DNA of 64,000 bases, taken from the NCBI GenBank assembly GCA_012295275.1, contig CM022676.1:5270001-5334000 (forward strand). Reading direction: 5' to 3'. Positions 39,122 through 64,000 of the stretch are shown here, in pieces (within the stretch, counting starts at the first letter, position 1; each line of letters begins with the position of its first letter). The notes under the pieces were generated by a model that made no database searches, was not told the origin of the DNA, and saw nothing but the letters and a program-made list of their open reading frames with translations. The DNA is from Chrysomallon squamiferum. Taxonomy: Eukaryota > Animalia > Mollusca. Made by a program: the position numbers and the translations under genes.

Positions 39122-42100
39122 TCATGAACTTGCAATTGATACTGAACTACATGATTTTTCGTGAACTTCCAGCAGATACTGAAGAGCAAACTGCTTCCCA
39201 CAGTTACCACACTGGTGTGGCCGGTCCCCTGGGTGGGTGCGTCTGTGAACAGTCAGCGCTATCTCTGATGGAAATTCTTTACTACAAATGTTACAGAATA
39301 CAGCCTCTCCTCCACTCTGATCTCCTCTGTCACAGTCTGCGGCAGTGTCTGGATTTTGAGATCCGTCCTGAGACTGGATCTTAGAAGTGTCATCAACTGT
39401 CTGATCATTGAGGTAGCCGTTAACCTTGGCATCAGATGCCTCAAACGTTGTCGTCGCCGACGACGGATCGGTGGAGCTGTTGCTGTAGCAGGAGTGGTGC
39501 TTTTCTTTGTGCTTCATCAGCAGGTGCGATCTCTGGAACCTCTCTCCACATCGGCGACACTGGAACGGTTTTTCTCCCGTGTGAGTTCTGGAATGTTCCT
39601 TCAGGTGGTGCGGTCGCTTGAACTTCTTGCTGCAGACGGAACAGGAAAAGAGTCTGTCGGGGAAATGGGACACCATGTGCTGCTTGAGATTGCTGGAGTT
39701 TGCAAACTTCTTTCCGCACTCTTGGCAAGCGAACGCCTGCATCAGATTCGGGTCGTGCAAGTAACTCCTTAGCTCCGTGGACTGACTTTTTCTGTTTGTC
39801 GCATCAGTATCCATTCCTTCCAATTCAATGGATGGTTTGTTATCTGAATCAGAGTCACTGCTGGCTGGTCCAGGTTGTGCCCCTGAATCACCTTTGATCA
39901 GATCCTGAGAACAGTACTTGTCGTAGACAAACTCTGGACTTCTTGCTCTCTGATCACATATATTGTGTAGAACGTTCTGGACATAAGAGTCGCTGAGCAG
40001 CTGCGTATCGTGCTTACTCCTGTGCCTCTGAAGGATGTGGGATCTGGAGAACTTCTCATCACAGATGTCGCAGATGTATGGCTTCTCTCCCGTGTGGATT
40101 CTCATGTGCTCCTTCAGGTGGTGCGGACGTTTGAACTTCTTCTCGCACTGGCGGCAGCTGAAGTGACGGTCCAGCGAATGCGAGACCATGTGCTGCCTCA
40201 AGTTGTTCATGTCCGAGAACCACTTCCCGCAGAATTCACATCTCATGAAGCCACCGGGTCGGGTCCGGAAGAAGTTGCTGTAGTCCAGTGGAGAAAGAAA
40301 AGCTTCTTGTGGATGCTCGAGACCAGTTGCGTTGCTGTTGTTGAAGCTCCTGAAAGCACCAATTTTAATTGCCTGCTGCAAGTTCTGCGTGTAGTTGAAG
40401 TATCCGGTGTTGATCAAGTTGATGTTGTTGTTAAGGAGGGACTGGTTCAGTTGGAAGTGGGAAGGGTAGTTTGCTGATGGTAGTTCTGAAGATGGTTTTG
40501 TTTCGGATGTTGGTTCTGAGACGTCTCCTTCTGATTTAATGTTTTTTGAAGCGATCATTTCTCGATTATTTTCATGTATTTCTTTATTTCTTTTCTTTGG
40601 ATCGGCAAGTTTCCTAAGCTGTCTTGTTCGGACTTTGTTAATTATTCTGTCATTGCCGCTGAGGTTCAGTAAATGGTTTGTGTTTGATTGATTAGAAACG
40701 GTCTTTGATTTAGTCTGTTGACTTGTTTCCCAGTTGTCTTCGCTTGAATCAGAAGAGCTGTCTTTTCCAGGATGTCTGGCATCGGAATAAGCCCTGAGAT
40801 TTGATTTCAACTCATCATCTCTGCTTTCTGAAATTTTATTTTCTAAATGACAACTGTTCAAACTGTGGTCAGTTTGACCAATATCTCCATTTTCTGAGTT
40901 CCCACTTGGCGTGGATGTTTGGAATGTTCTGGAACATCCAGCAATGGAATGAGGCTTGTGACCCACTTTAGACATTCCATAAATGGAATTGGTGGAGTTT
41001 TTTCCTGAGATTTTTACATCAGAATTGTCTTTAGTTGTGACTCCTTGAACTACATCAGCATCACTTGCTTTGATATTAGACAGTTTACCTGTTTTTGTCT
41101 GGTTTTCATCATCCTGGTTTAAAGCTCGTTCTGGTCCCAGATTGGATGTCGTGCTCTTTACTACTTCTTCATGGTTTTTGTTCTGAAGGTAAGTGATTTT
41201 GGACTTTGTTTGCTGGTTGTTGAGCAAACTGTTTGGAATTTCAGTTTGCGTGGACGGTTGCTGAGGTGGAGAGAAATGATCACTGTAACTGTTCACCGTT
41301 CTGTCGGCACTGTTCTGCTGAATCCAGTCAGTGACCCGGTGAAAAGCGAAGTCCGAGATGTGTTTTGTCTTGTGCCTCTGCAAGAGATGTGACCTGGAAA
41401 ACCTCTCCTGACACAAATCACAACGATACGGCTTCTCTCCCGTGTGAATTCGAAGATGCTCGCGTAGATGGTGTGACAACTTAAAACGTTTAGCACAGTG
41501 GGGACACTGGTGAGGTCGGGAACCCTCGGCCAGTGGGGACTCAGTCTTTACACTCTGTCCTGCTGGATAAGACAATGGAAGCATATTATTCATAGCAGCG
41601 TGATTCATCAGGGACATTAACGTGTGTCTGTTGAATCCAGCCAGTCCATAAAACGGGGACAGAAAACCGTTTCTGTTAAAGAGAGACCTGTTAGATGCAA
41701 GGTACAGTTCATGTAATTTAGCCAGATCAATACCTTTGTAAACAGATGAACTTCCTGCAATGTCCAGTCCTGAATTAAATGTTTGTGGTTCTTCCTTCAC
41801 GGTGGACACTGGTAATTCAGCGTTGGATTTTTCACCATAAAGCACCCACGAGTTTTGATCATACACCATTTTTGGTTCGGACGAAACTGATGGTTTGGAT
41901 ATGTACTCGTTTGCCAATGTAACTCGAGAATTGATTTTATTCTTTGATAAACTTTTATTCTCAGAGGAAGAGGGTCCTGCAGCTTTGTTTGAAACACCAT
42001 GGAAATCTCTTACAGCTTCATTTGGATTTTCTTTCCGCGAACTAGACTCGTCAGGATCGGTCGCCTCTTGTTTTATAACTTTCTCGGAACACAACTCGGA

Positions 42101-42925
42101 GTCTGGAGCGGCCGAGTGCTTTAGCTGTTTGTGTTTTTTTAACAAAAGGAGGTGAGTAAACTGCTTGCCACAGCTCTCGCACTTCCACAGGACGTGATTC
42201 TTCTCGTGTCTCGCGAGATGCTGCGGACTCTCAAATATCTTCATGCACTTGCTGCAAGGAAAGATGGTCCCGACCGAGGGGAAGGACTCCTGAGCGTGTC
42301 GAGCCTGGTGCGCTCGAAGCAGGTGACTTCTGGAAAACCTGTCTCCACACACTGCACAGGGAAAGGGTTTTTCTCCGGTGTGAATTCTCATGTGTTCCTT
42401 GAGGTGATGAGACAGTTTGAATCGCTTGCAGCACACGGAGCAAGCGTGAGGTCTCGACTGGTTGAAGAGATTCTCACACGCAGGATCGCCGTCTTTTGCA
42501 AGGTGATTGGCGACGTTCACATCGCAGTCGTCACCTTTGACGTTTTCCTTCTGGTCCATTTCCAGTCCTTCTCCGGGTCCGTTGCACAAGTAGGTGTCAG
42601 AGGTGCCGTACAGCACCCAGGAATTCTTCGCTGAAACATCTCCGTACAGAACCCAGGAATTCTGGTCATACATTTCCTGTCCTGAAGCATCGTCACCATT
42701 ATTTAAAGAATTTTCACGCACACTAGGATTACCGTCTTTCACATTTTTCATGTCTGCTGACAACAGTGATGTAACATTTTCTGAAGTTTTATTTTGATCG
42801 AGGTCATTCTGGGACTGCATTTCAGAAAGTTTGTTTATTATCTTATTGTTTGAACAGCTCGATTCAAAACAACCGCTGCTCAGTTCCAATGTTTTGATGT
42901 CATTGTTATTGTTGTTGTTGTTCAT
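39122..42925 (-). CDS. Multi-cluster C2H2 zinc-finger protein, 1267 aa, single coding exon, 14 fingers (13 C2H2 plus a terminal C2HC) in 5 clusters
   Basis: Uninterrupted 3.8-kb ORF with CxxC-x12-HxxxH fingers and four HTGEKP linkers. Clusters at about 42116-42448 (4 fingers), 41360-41512 (2), 40010-40246 (3), 39497-39733 (3) and 39149-39298 (2). Four psi-K-x-E SUMO-type motifs (IKQE, VKEE, VKTE, IKSE). GC-richer than its flanks. Confidence 0.95.
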   Translation of the reverse strand: MNNNNNNNDIKTLELSSGCFESSCSNNKIINKLSEMQSQNDLDQNKTSENVTSLLSADMKNVKDGNPSVRENSLNNGDDASGQEMYDQNSWVLYGDVSAKNSWVLYGTSDTYLCNGPGEGLEMDQKENVKGDDCDVNVANHLAKDGDPACENLFNQSRPHACSVCCKRFKLSHHLKEHMRIHTGEKPFPCAVCGDRFSRSHLLRAHQARHAQESFPSVGTIFPCSKCMKIFESPQHLARHEKNHVLWKCESCGKQFTHLLLLKKHKQLKHSAAPDSELCSEKVIKQEATDPDESSSRKENPNEAVRDFHGVSNKAAGPSSSENKSLSKNKINSRVTLANEYISKPSVSSEPKMVYDQNSWVLYGEKSNAELPVSTVKEEPQTFNSGLDIAGSSSVYKGIDLAKLHELYLASNRSLFNRNGFLSPFYGLAGFNRHTLMSLMNHAAMNNMLPLSYPAGQSVKTESPLAEGSRPHQCPHCAKRFKLSHHLREHLRIHTGEKPYRCDLCQERFSRSHLLQRHKTKHISDFAFHRVTDWIQQNSADRTVNSYSDHFSPPQQPSTQTEIPNSLLNNQQTKSKITYLQNKNHEEVVKSTTSNLGPERALNQDDENQTKTGKLSNIKASDADVVQGVTTKDNSDVKISGKNSTNSIYGMSKVGHKPHSIAGCSRTFQTSTPSGNSENGDIGQTDHSLNSCHLENKISESRDDELKSNLRAYSDARHPGKDSSSDSSEDNWETSQQTKSKTVSNQSNTNHLLNLSGNDRIINKVRTRQLRKLADPKKRNKEIHENNREMIASKNIKSEGDVSEPTSETKPSSELPSANYPSHFQLNQSLLNNNINLINTGYFNYTQNLQQAIKIGAFRSFNNSNATGLEHPQEAFLSPLDYSNFFRTRPGGFMRCEFCGKWFSDMNNLRQHMVSHSLDRHFSCRQCEKKFKRPHHLKEHMRIHTGEKPYICDICDEKFSRSHILQRHRSKHDTQLLSDSYVQNVLHNICDQRARSPEFVYDKYCSQDLIKGDSGAQPGPASSDSDSDNKPSIELEGMDTDATNRKSQSTELRSYLHDPNLMQAFACQECGKKFANSSNLKQHMVSHFPDRLFSCSVCSKKFKRPHHLKEHSRTHTGEKPFQCRRCGERFQRSHLLMKHKEKHHSCYSNSSTDPSSATTTFEASDAKVNGYLNDQTVDDTSKIQSQDGSQNPDTAADCDRGDQSGGEAVFCNICSKEFPSEIALTVHRRTHPGDRPHQCGNCGKQFALQYLLEVHEKSCSSVSIASS

Positions 42926-43252
42926 TCCTTTTATTTAAATAAAAAATAACTTGTAGAACTAAAAACTGATGATTTTTTTAACTTTCCAAGCATTCGTTGT
43001 AAGCTATCACAGCTGTTTCAGATTTTCTACACACCAGCCTGTGACAGCAGCAATTAAGCACTTGTCAGACATAGAAATTAATCATTTCATCAGCAGAGTC
43101 AACACAGCAGTCACTATTGTGATTATGGATGTAACAACAGCTGTACATCATAGTCACCAATCAAAATCATAAACAGACTGACACCCACTATCACATGGCT
43201 GCAATGGGTGATGTTATATTCAGATTTCATTTGCTAATATCAGGTTTTGAAA

Positions 43253-43437
43253 CTGAAAATAAATAAATAAATGTAGTTAAGTTATTTGGCTTTCTAAATC
43301 ATATTTGATTATCATTCAATATTTTTGTTTAATTCTGCTATGAGACAATTTAAAAGTAGCCTTTTGGAATAATTTAAAGACAGGTTTATAGTTCGTCCAA
43401 CAAAGTAATAACCATCAAAATGCAATAAACAAGTTAC
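43253..43437 (-). other. Probable 5'-UTR intron of the zinc-finger gene
   Basis: On the minus strand there is a donor GAG|GTAACT at 43437 and an acceptor ttatttatttattttcAG at 43253. This leaves about 327 nt of UTR before the ATG at 42925. No transcript evidence. Confidence 0.5.
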
Positions 43438-43439
43438 CT

Positions 43440-45147
43440 CAACAAATACTATGGTATATCAACTTTTAAACAAATTACACACTAAACAAAAAATGGCGAT
43501 GAACATTCAGAACAGTCTGGGCTAAAGACCGACTTATTTTTATGTCTTTCTTTAAAATAATGTTGGTGAATTGGTGAATACAATAAATATTATTAATATA
43601 CTGTCACTTTAAAAATTATAAGTATTTCTGGAAGGACAATAAATGCATTTATTTAAACTTAGACGCTCTGACAAAATTTTCATTTGCAATGTTTACAAAA
43701 CGCTAGTAAAACATTTGACGTGAATACTAGCAAAAGGTAACATATTTTAGCTGTTTTAATATGTTCGCGGATGAAAAGGAATATGATAAATAATACCTGT
43801 GGCAGACAATAAAGTGGCTGGTCATACAGCCATTTATGTTTAAAAACGCTAAAATGTTTCATATTTCAAGTAATTGAGACGGGAAGCCATAGATTTCTTC
43901 TTATCTAATTTCCTCCTTTTAAATCAGCGTTGACAGCCACATTTTTGAATGTCCATATTAAGACATCGAAAGCAGCAGAGATTGTTTTTTGATAGAGCAG
44001 TATTTCTTTAGATATGACTGGTACTTTTTATATATGTTTCCAAATGATATTTTCATGGGCTTCATATTTTTTTATTTTATTTTTTTTTATTATTATTAAT
44101 TTTTATTTGTATATTTATTTTAAATATGCCGGACTTTGCTAATAATAAATAATAAAATAACAAACCTTTGAGAACATTTTCACATTTTTATAACGTCGTT
44201 TCTAATTACATATAAAGCAGGAACACAAAGACATCAATAAAATGTATTTAAACCATTATACGTATCAACACTGATACATTTCAAGACTATAAAAACATGC
44301 ATAGAGGAAAAGGGGACAGCATCTTTCTGAGAGATAAATGCACAACCCAGGTCAATTGTTTCTGTCAGTGTCGGTGTTTTGGGGGGATTTATTTATTTAT
44401 TTATTCCTTTAAAAAAAAAAAAAAAAATTATAAAAAAGAAGTACCGAATACATTTGCATGCAGTGCATGTCCCATTCAAAGGGAGCACACACAAATCATC
44501 CCAGAAAATGAATCGTGTAGCTGTCAGAAGCTAGACACACCCGTAACACAGCGACGTTATCCAAATACACGATGATGAAGATGATGATTATTGTTATTAT
44601 TATTATTATTACTGCTTTAACAGTAAAAACCTCTTTCGATTTCATTTTCTTTTTCAGATCTATATTTTGGACTTCTAGTAAATTAACATTAATTTATTAA
44701 GATAAATGTAACTATTTATATTTAAAAAGTAAATAAATAAATAGACGATCGATTCAGTGGTGCCCAAAGTACATCCATTAATGAATACATACAAGTGCTT
44801 CCGAAAAACAAAATTAATAATAATAATAATAATAAAATGACAGTGATTAAAGTTTTTGTCGCAAAATAAACATATATGCGAGTATCTTTTACTAGTTTTA
44901 GAAAGCTGCGGCTAATTTAGCAGATATATCAGACTGTGATTTAAACAATTTAATGGTCATTCTTTAATGTTATTTTCTTTTGACAATTTGCCGTGCATTA
45001 TCAATGAGCTTCGTTATTCCTATAATGTAATTATTCTAAATAGTTTTGAGCAAACGGGACCGATTTTCGAGACCGGGCAAATAGTCTCGATCAAGATAGA
45101 ATTGATCAAAGGTTAATAACTCACTGCTTTGCTTCAACTTAAATGAA
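43440..45147. promoter_or_regulatory. Divergent (head-to-head) promoter region between the zinc-finger gene and glycerol kinase
   Basis: The genes point away from each other. CpG dinucleotides are visibly more frequent here than in the neighbouring introns. A YY1-like AAAATGGCG sits at about 43490-43498, next to the putative first non-coding exon of the zinc-finger gene. Confidence 0.55.
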
Positions 45148-60053
<14,906 letters not shown>

Positions 60054-60535
60054 ATCTTTTTTATTATTATTATTATTACTTTCATATGTACTCATATAAT
60101 TCTACAATTTTGTTATGTACACTGAATTTTGCAGTAACATGAAGAGCATTAATCATAATGTTGAATAATGTTGGACAGTAATTATTCAGTTCATAAATCA
60201 GTATTTGAATATAATTATTGTTTTAATGTGGTGTACAATATTTTTGAAGATCATGTTGAGATTATTTTAAGATCTACAACTGGTAGATATTATCAGAATC
60301 AATATTTTTCTGTGGATGTTTTTAATGAACACAGCCACTGACATTGGTTGAAGTCTTCAGCATCTGTACTTTCTGTGGAGTATATTTGAAAAGTTTTATG
60401 ATTCAAGATTGAAAATTTTATTAATCACTAATTACTATAAACTACGATATCAGTGGATTCTGTTCTTCCATTGCTTGTAAGTATTTGAATCTACCAGCCA
60501 GTGCCTAATAATTAAAAAAATTAAAAATAAAATAA

Positions 60536-60578
<43 letters not shown>

Positions 60579-61479
60579 TATTTAAAAATCAATAAATAAA
60601 TAAATAAATAAAATACATATAAATAAAAACAATCTAGTCAAATATTAATCATCATGTGAGAGGTGGATTCTTCATTTCATTAATGTTGACAATACAATGA
60701 CCATTATTCATATAACTTAAGTTAAAAAAAACAACTACAATAACTATTATCACTGTTACTACTACCACTACAAAAAATAATAACAGTTATTATTAATTCA
60801 TTGTTGCATACACAAAACGAGAGAAATGAATGTGTCTGTCCACCCATTATTCTGTTTGGATAAAATAATAATAAAATAATAATTATATTAATAATAATAA
60901 TAATAATAATAATGCAACTGGTATAGGGACATTCTACATCTAACAAAACATCCTTGAATATGCATCTCAATACATGCTGGATGCCTTCTAAAAAATATTC
61001 TGGGTTTTGCCCGTTCCAACATTACAATTACCTTCTGCTTTCTTTAACAAATTGTAGATAATAATTTTATCATTACTAAGACGTTCTTGTTATAATATAG
61101 CTGTAATTTGAACGTTGTCATCCTACCAAACACTTGTTACTTAAATTTTTCAATAATTTATTGTATTCTGTTTCATTTAAAATCATGAATAATCATAATT
61201 ATTAAGCATAATTTGAGTAGAATTTTGTTATTACTGTGTTTTAGATAAAATTATAATTGCTGGTAATAAAGAATGTTTCTTATTCGCAGTTGTTTTCCTT
61301 TATTTAAAAATAAATAAACAAATAAATAAACAAATAAATAAATAAATCTTGTTTTCCATTTGTTTTAATATTTTTCCGAATCGATCGCGCATGCGTCTTA
61401 AATGCGTCTGAAAACTAATATAGATAAATCAACAATAAGCATTTAAATTTAGAGTAAAAATAAAAATTACCAAAAAATT

Positions 61480-61625
61480 CATAACTACCGAAATTCCACG
61501 AACAGATCCGAAAGTTAAAATATTACATCATGAATGACAGTACGTCATAATAGGTGACCTTACATATTATCTTACGTTTTTCGCTTGTTGGAAACTATTT
61601 TTCAGGTAAGAAAACTATCTTTGTT
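61480..61625 (+). repeat. Copy 1 of a diverged element of about 150 bp (copy 2 at about 62463-62615)
   Basis: Shared blocks taactaccga, cacgaa, gaatgac, tacgtca, ttcg[c/t]ttg[t/c]tggaaac and aggtaagaaaa appear in the same order in both copies. Confidence 0.75.
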
Positions 61626-62165
61626 TTGTAGGAGTTTTATATTATTCTGTTAGAAGATATTTTTCGGCACTGCACTTTACTTACTTAAACATATTTAAAT
61701 AAAGCGTTTGTTCGTGTACAAAAGACGTGTTGGACACATAATCAAGAGAATTACATTTTAAATTACTGCGAGGCGAATTAAAACTACAAAGTTATCCGGA
61801 TTGGAATATTTGGCTGGTTATCAATAGAAAAGATTAATTAAAAAAAAAAAAAAAATTAAAAATTAAAAAGCATAGAAAAACAAAGATATCGGGCTTCAGA
61901 CCATTAACACTCTTCATATAAAAAAGATATAATAGGATATTGTTAAATTTACAGCACAAGTTTCATTCATTCATTCTTTTAAATGCTTATGCTTCTTTAT
62001 ATAAACGCAACAAATATAAATTCATTAATTTCAAATTGATATTATACAAGACATAATTATTATTGGCAACGCTGAATAATTGAAAAAAAAACAAAAAAAA
62101 ACAAACAAGAAAACTGTCCCCTTCAATGGTGTATCCAAGCGATTTTTTTTTTTTTTTTTTTTAGA

Positions 62166-62251
62166 AACCACTGATTTCAGTTGCAGTATCCTAACTGCAG
62201 ATGTATGGCGAGACTATTTGAGCTAAGATGCTGAAGTCGAAATCAGTGGTT
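62166..62251. repeat. 86-bp inverted-repeat (hairpin/MITE-like) element
   Basis: Perfect 13-bp arms AACCACTGATTTC...GAAATCAGTGGTT, with further imperfect pairing inward. Confidence 0.7.
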
Positions 62252-62462
62252 AATAATAAAAAAAAAGAAAGAAAACAAAACAAAACGCTCGCCTCGATCG
62301 CGTTATGCATGCTCGGTTGGGATACACTTTAAGAAATCATCAGTTTATCGGCGATGTAAATATAATTTGTAACCACAATTCGCATATAATAACTAAAGGT
62401 AAATATATTAACAGCGCCTAGAATAAGTTTGCGGTTCACAAAGGTGTTGTAACTCGTGAATA

Positions 62463-62615
62463 TCCGTAACTACCGAGAAATCACGAAGAGTTCCGTATTT
62501 AAAACAGAATGACGTCAATAATTAGACTACGTCACAATGAACTTCGCTTTCGTTTTTGAGTTGGTATTTCGTTTGCTGGAAACGTACGTTTTTAAGGTAA
62601 GAAAATTCGTAATTT
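62463..62615 (+). repeat. Copy 2 of the diverged element of about 150 bp
   Basis: Same ordered blocks as at 61480-61625. Confidence 0.75.
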
Positions 62616-62946
62616 TTTATGTTTATTTTGTATGTGTTTTGTTTAATTTTCCTTGCAGAAACAGTGTGCCCATTGCACTTAATTATAAACAAATATACAT
62701 ACATGCCCAAATATTGTATGGGACGCAATTCAGGAGAACAAAAATCATATTATTATGTTATATTTCTACTGGACTAATTGAAAACAGAAATCTATTCAGA
62801 ATGAAATATTTAATTCGTTAATAACAGAAATTATAAAATTAAAATATTGAAAACTTTAATGAAAAAAACAAGTGGCATAAAAAAAAAAATAATAAAAATA
62901 AAAAATCTATGCACGTATGTAAACTTACTATCATCATCCTCATCGC

Positions 62947-62987
<41 letters not shown>

Positions 62988-63109
62988 TTATTTTCAAATC
63001 TTGTACAATGTTTCTAAAATAACTTATTTTGCAACTGCATTCCCTTATCCATAAAATCATCGCTTGTAATTAACTGGACAAAATGTAGACTGTCATTCAT
63101 GTCTTGTTG

Positions 63110-63296
63110 CTATAGTTTCTCGTCCTCTATGTTGACGTCATTAGGATCGATGACGTCATAGATGCCTTCTTCGTAATCGCCCAGCTGAATGTATTCCGCT
63201 TCCTGTTCCAGTAAATGTTCTATTGTTTTCACAAGTTTTGTAAACGTCGGCCTTTCATCGGGTTCAATTGCCCAGCATTCTGACATAATGTTGTAT
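63110..63296 (-). CDS. Terminal coding exon of a receptor tyrosine kinase (RET/Cad96Ca-like); the rest of the gene lies beyond the window end
   Basis: After the acceptor ttattcAG the exon reads YNIMSECWAIEPDERPTFTKLVKTIEHLLEQEAEYIQLGDYEEGIYDVIDPNDVNIEDEKL*. CW-x6-RPTF is tyrosine-kinase subdomain XI. The YIxL...Y...EKL tail recalls Drosophila Cad96Ca (from memory, not searched). The ORF track misses it. Confidence 0.85.
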
Positions 63297-63299
<3 letters not shown>

Positions 63300-63354
<55 letters not shown>

Positions 63355-63397
63355 GTGATTATATAATATAATAATCATGATAATGATAATAATAATA

Positions 63398-63446
<49 letters not shown>

Positions 63447-63585
63447 TAATAATAATAATAATAGTGATAATAATAATAATAACAACAACAACGACGAGGA
63501 GGAAATGAATAATAGTAGCAACAATATGAGATTTGATAGAATAGAAGTAGTAGAAGTAGTAGAAGTAGCAGTAGTAGTAGTGAAA
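63300..63585. repeat. (AAT)n/(AGT)n microsatellite in the last intron of the tyrosine kinase gene
   Basis: Long aataataat and agtagtagt runs directly adjoin the minus-strand acceptor. Confidence 0.9.
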
Positions 63586-64000
63586 GTAGTACACACATAT
63601 ATACAAATTTGAATGTAATGATGTACTGTCATAATGAAATCTTATATTCAATTATTATTCTTAAGCAAAAATACATATGAACAAAATACATAATTATATA
63701 TATTCACAAATACGTACAGACACACATATATATTCCTCCATCTCTCCATCCATTTACACATCCATTCATCCATCCATCCACACATAAATACACTAATATT
63801 TCAATTTAAAGTGACACGCATTCAAAGACCCTCACTCTTAAATCTAGCCAATGGAATCCTTTACATTGATTTGTAATAAATTAAATGTTCAATGACCCTG
63901 ACTATGTTTGGAACTAGAACGCGACATCGTTTTGTGTACAGAGTATAATATTTAAATTTAAATTTGTGATTTATTTATTTATTTATTTATTATTATTATT

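Noticed and set aside
39356-42797. Several 60-160 aa ORFs antisense or out of frame within the zinc-finger CDS
   Set aside because: Expected shadow ORFs of a long GC-richer coding sequence; no recognisable motifs.
39122-42925. Calling the zinc-finger gene ZEB/Zfh1
   Set aside because: Only one finger type matches. The partner finger differs, and no homeodomain or PxDLS CtBP motif is visible.

Overview
AT-rich, microsatellite-dense, intron-rich animal genomic DNA; the repeat landscape looks molluscan, but that is inference. There are four genes. (1) The 3' half of an axonemal outer-arm dynein heavy chain (DNAH5/DNAH8 class), + strand, 45 exons traced by hand from 589 to the stop at 31200, with two GC-AG introns. 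(2) A 1267-aa protein with 14 zinc fingers, encoded by one uninterrupted coding exon on the - strand (39122-42925). (3) A glycerol kinase gene on the + strand (18 exons, 45148-60053), divergent from the zinc-finger gene; its exon 3 is duplicated and garbled in this sequence. (4) The last coding exon of a receptor tyrosine kinase on the - strand (63110-63296). The most striking unexplained pattern is that at least six tandem duplications are in register with functional splice sites, so the spliceosome faces many near-identical decoys. Examples: a 150-bp in-frame exon-end/donor repeat in dynein, 11 x 37-bp GT...AG units at a glycerol kinase donor, and about 23 x 70-bp copies of a glycerol kinase acceptor. 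All coordinates were read by eye, and no database search was run.
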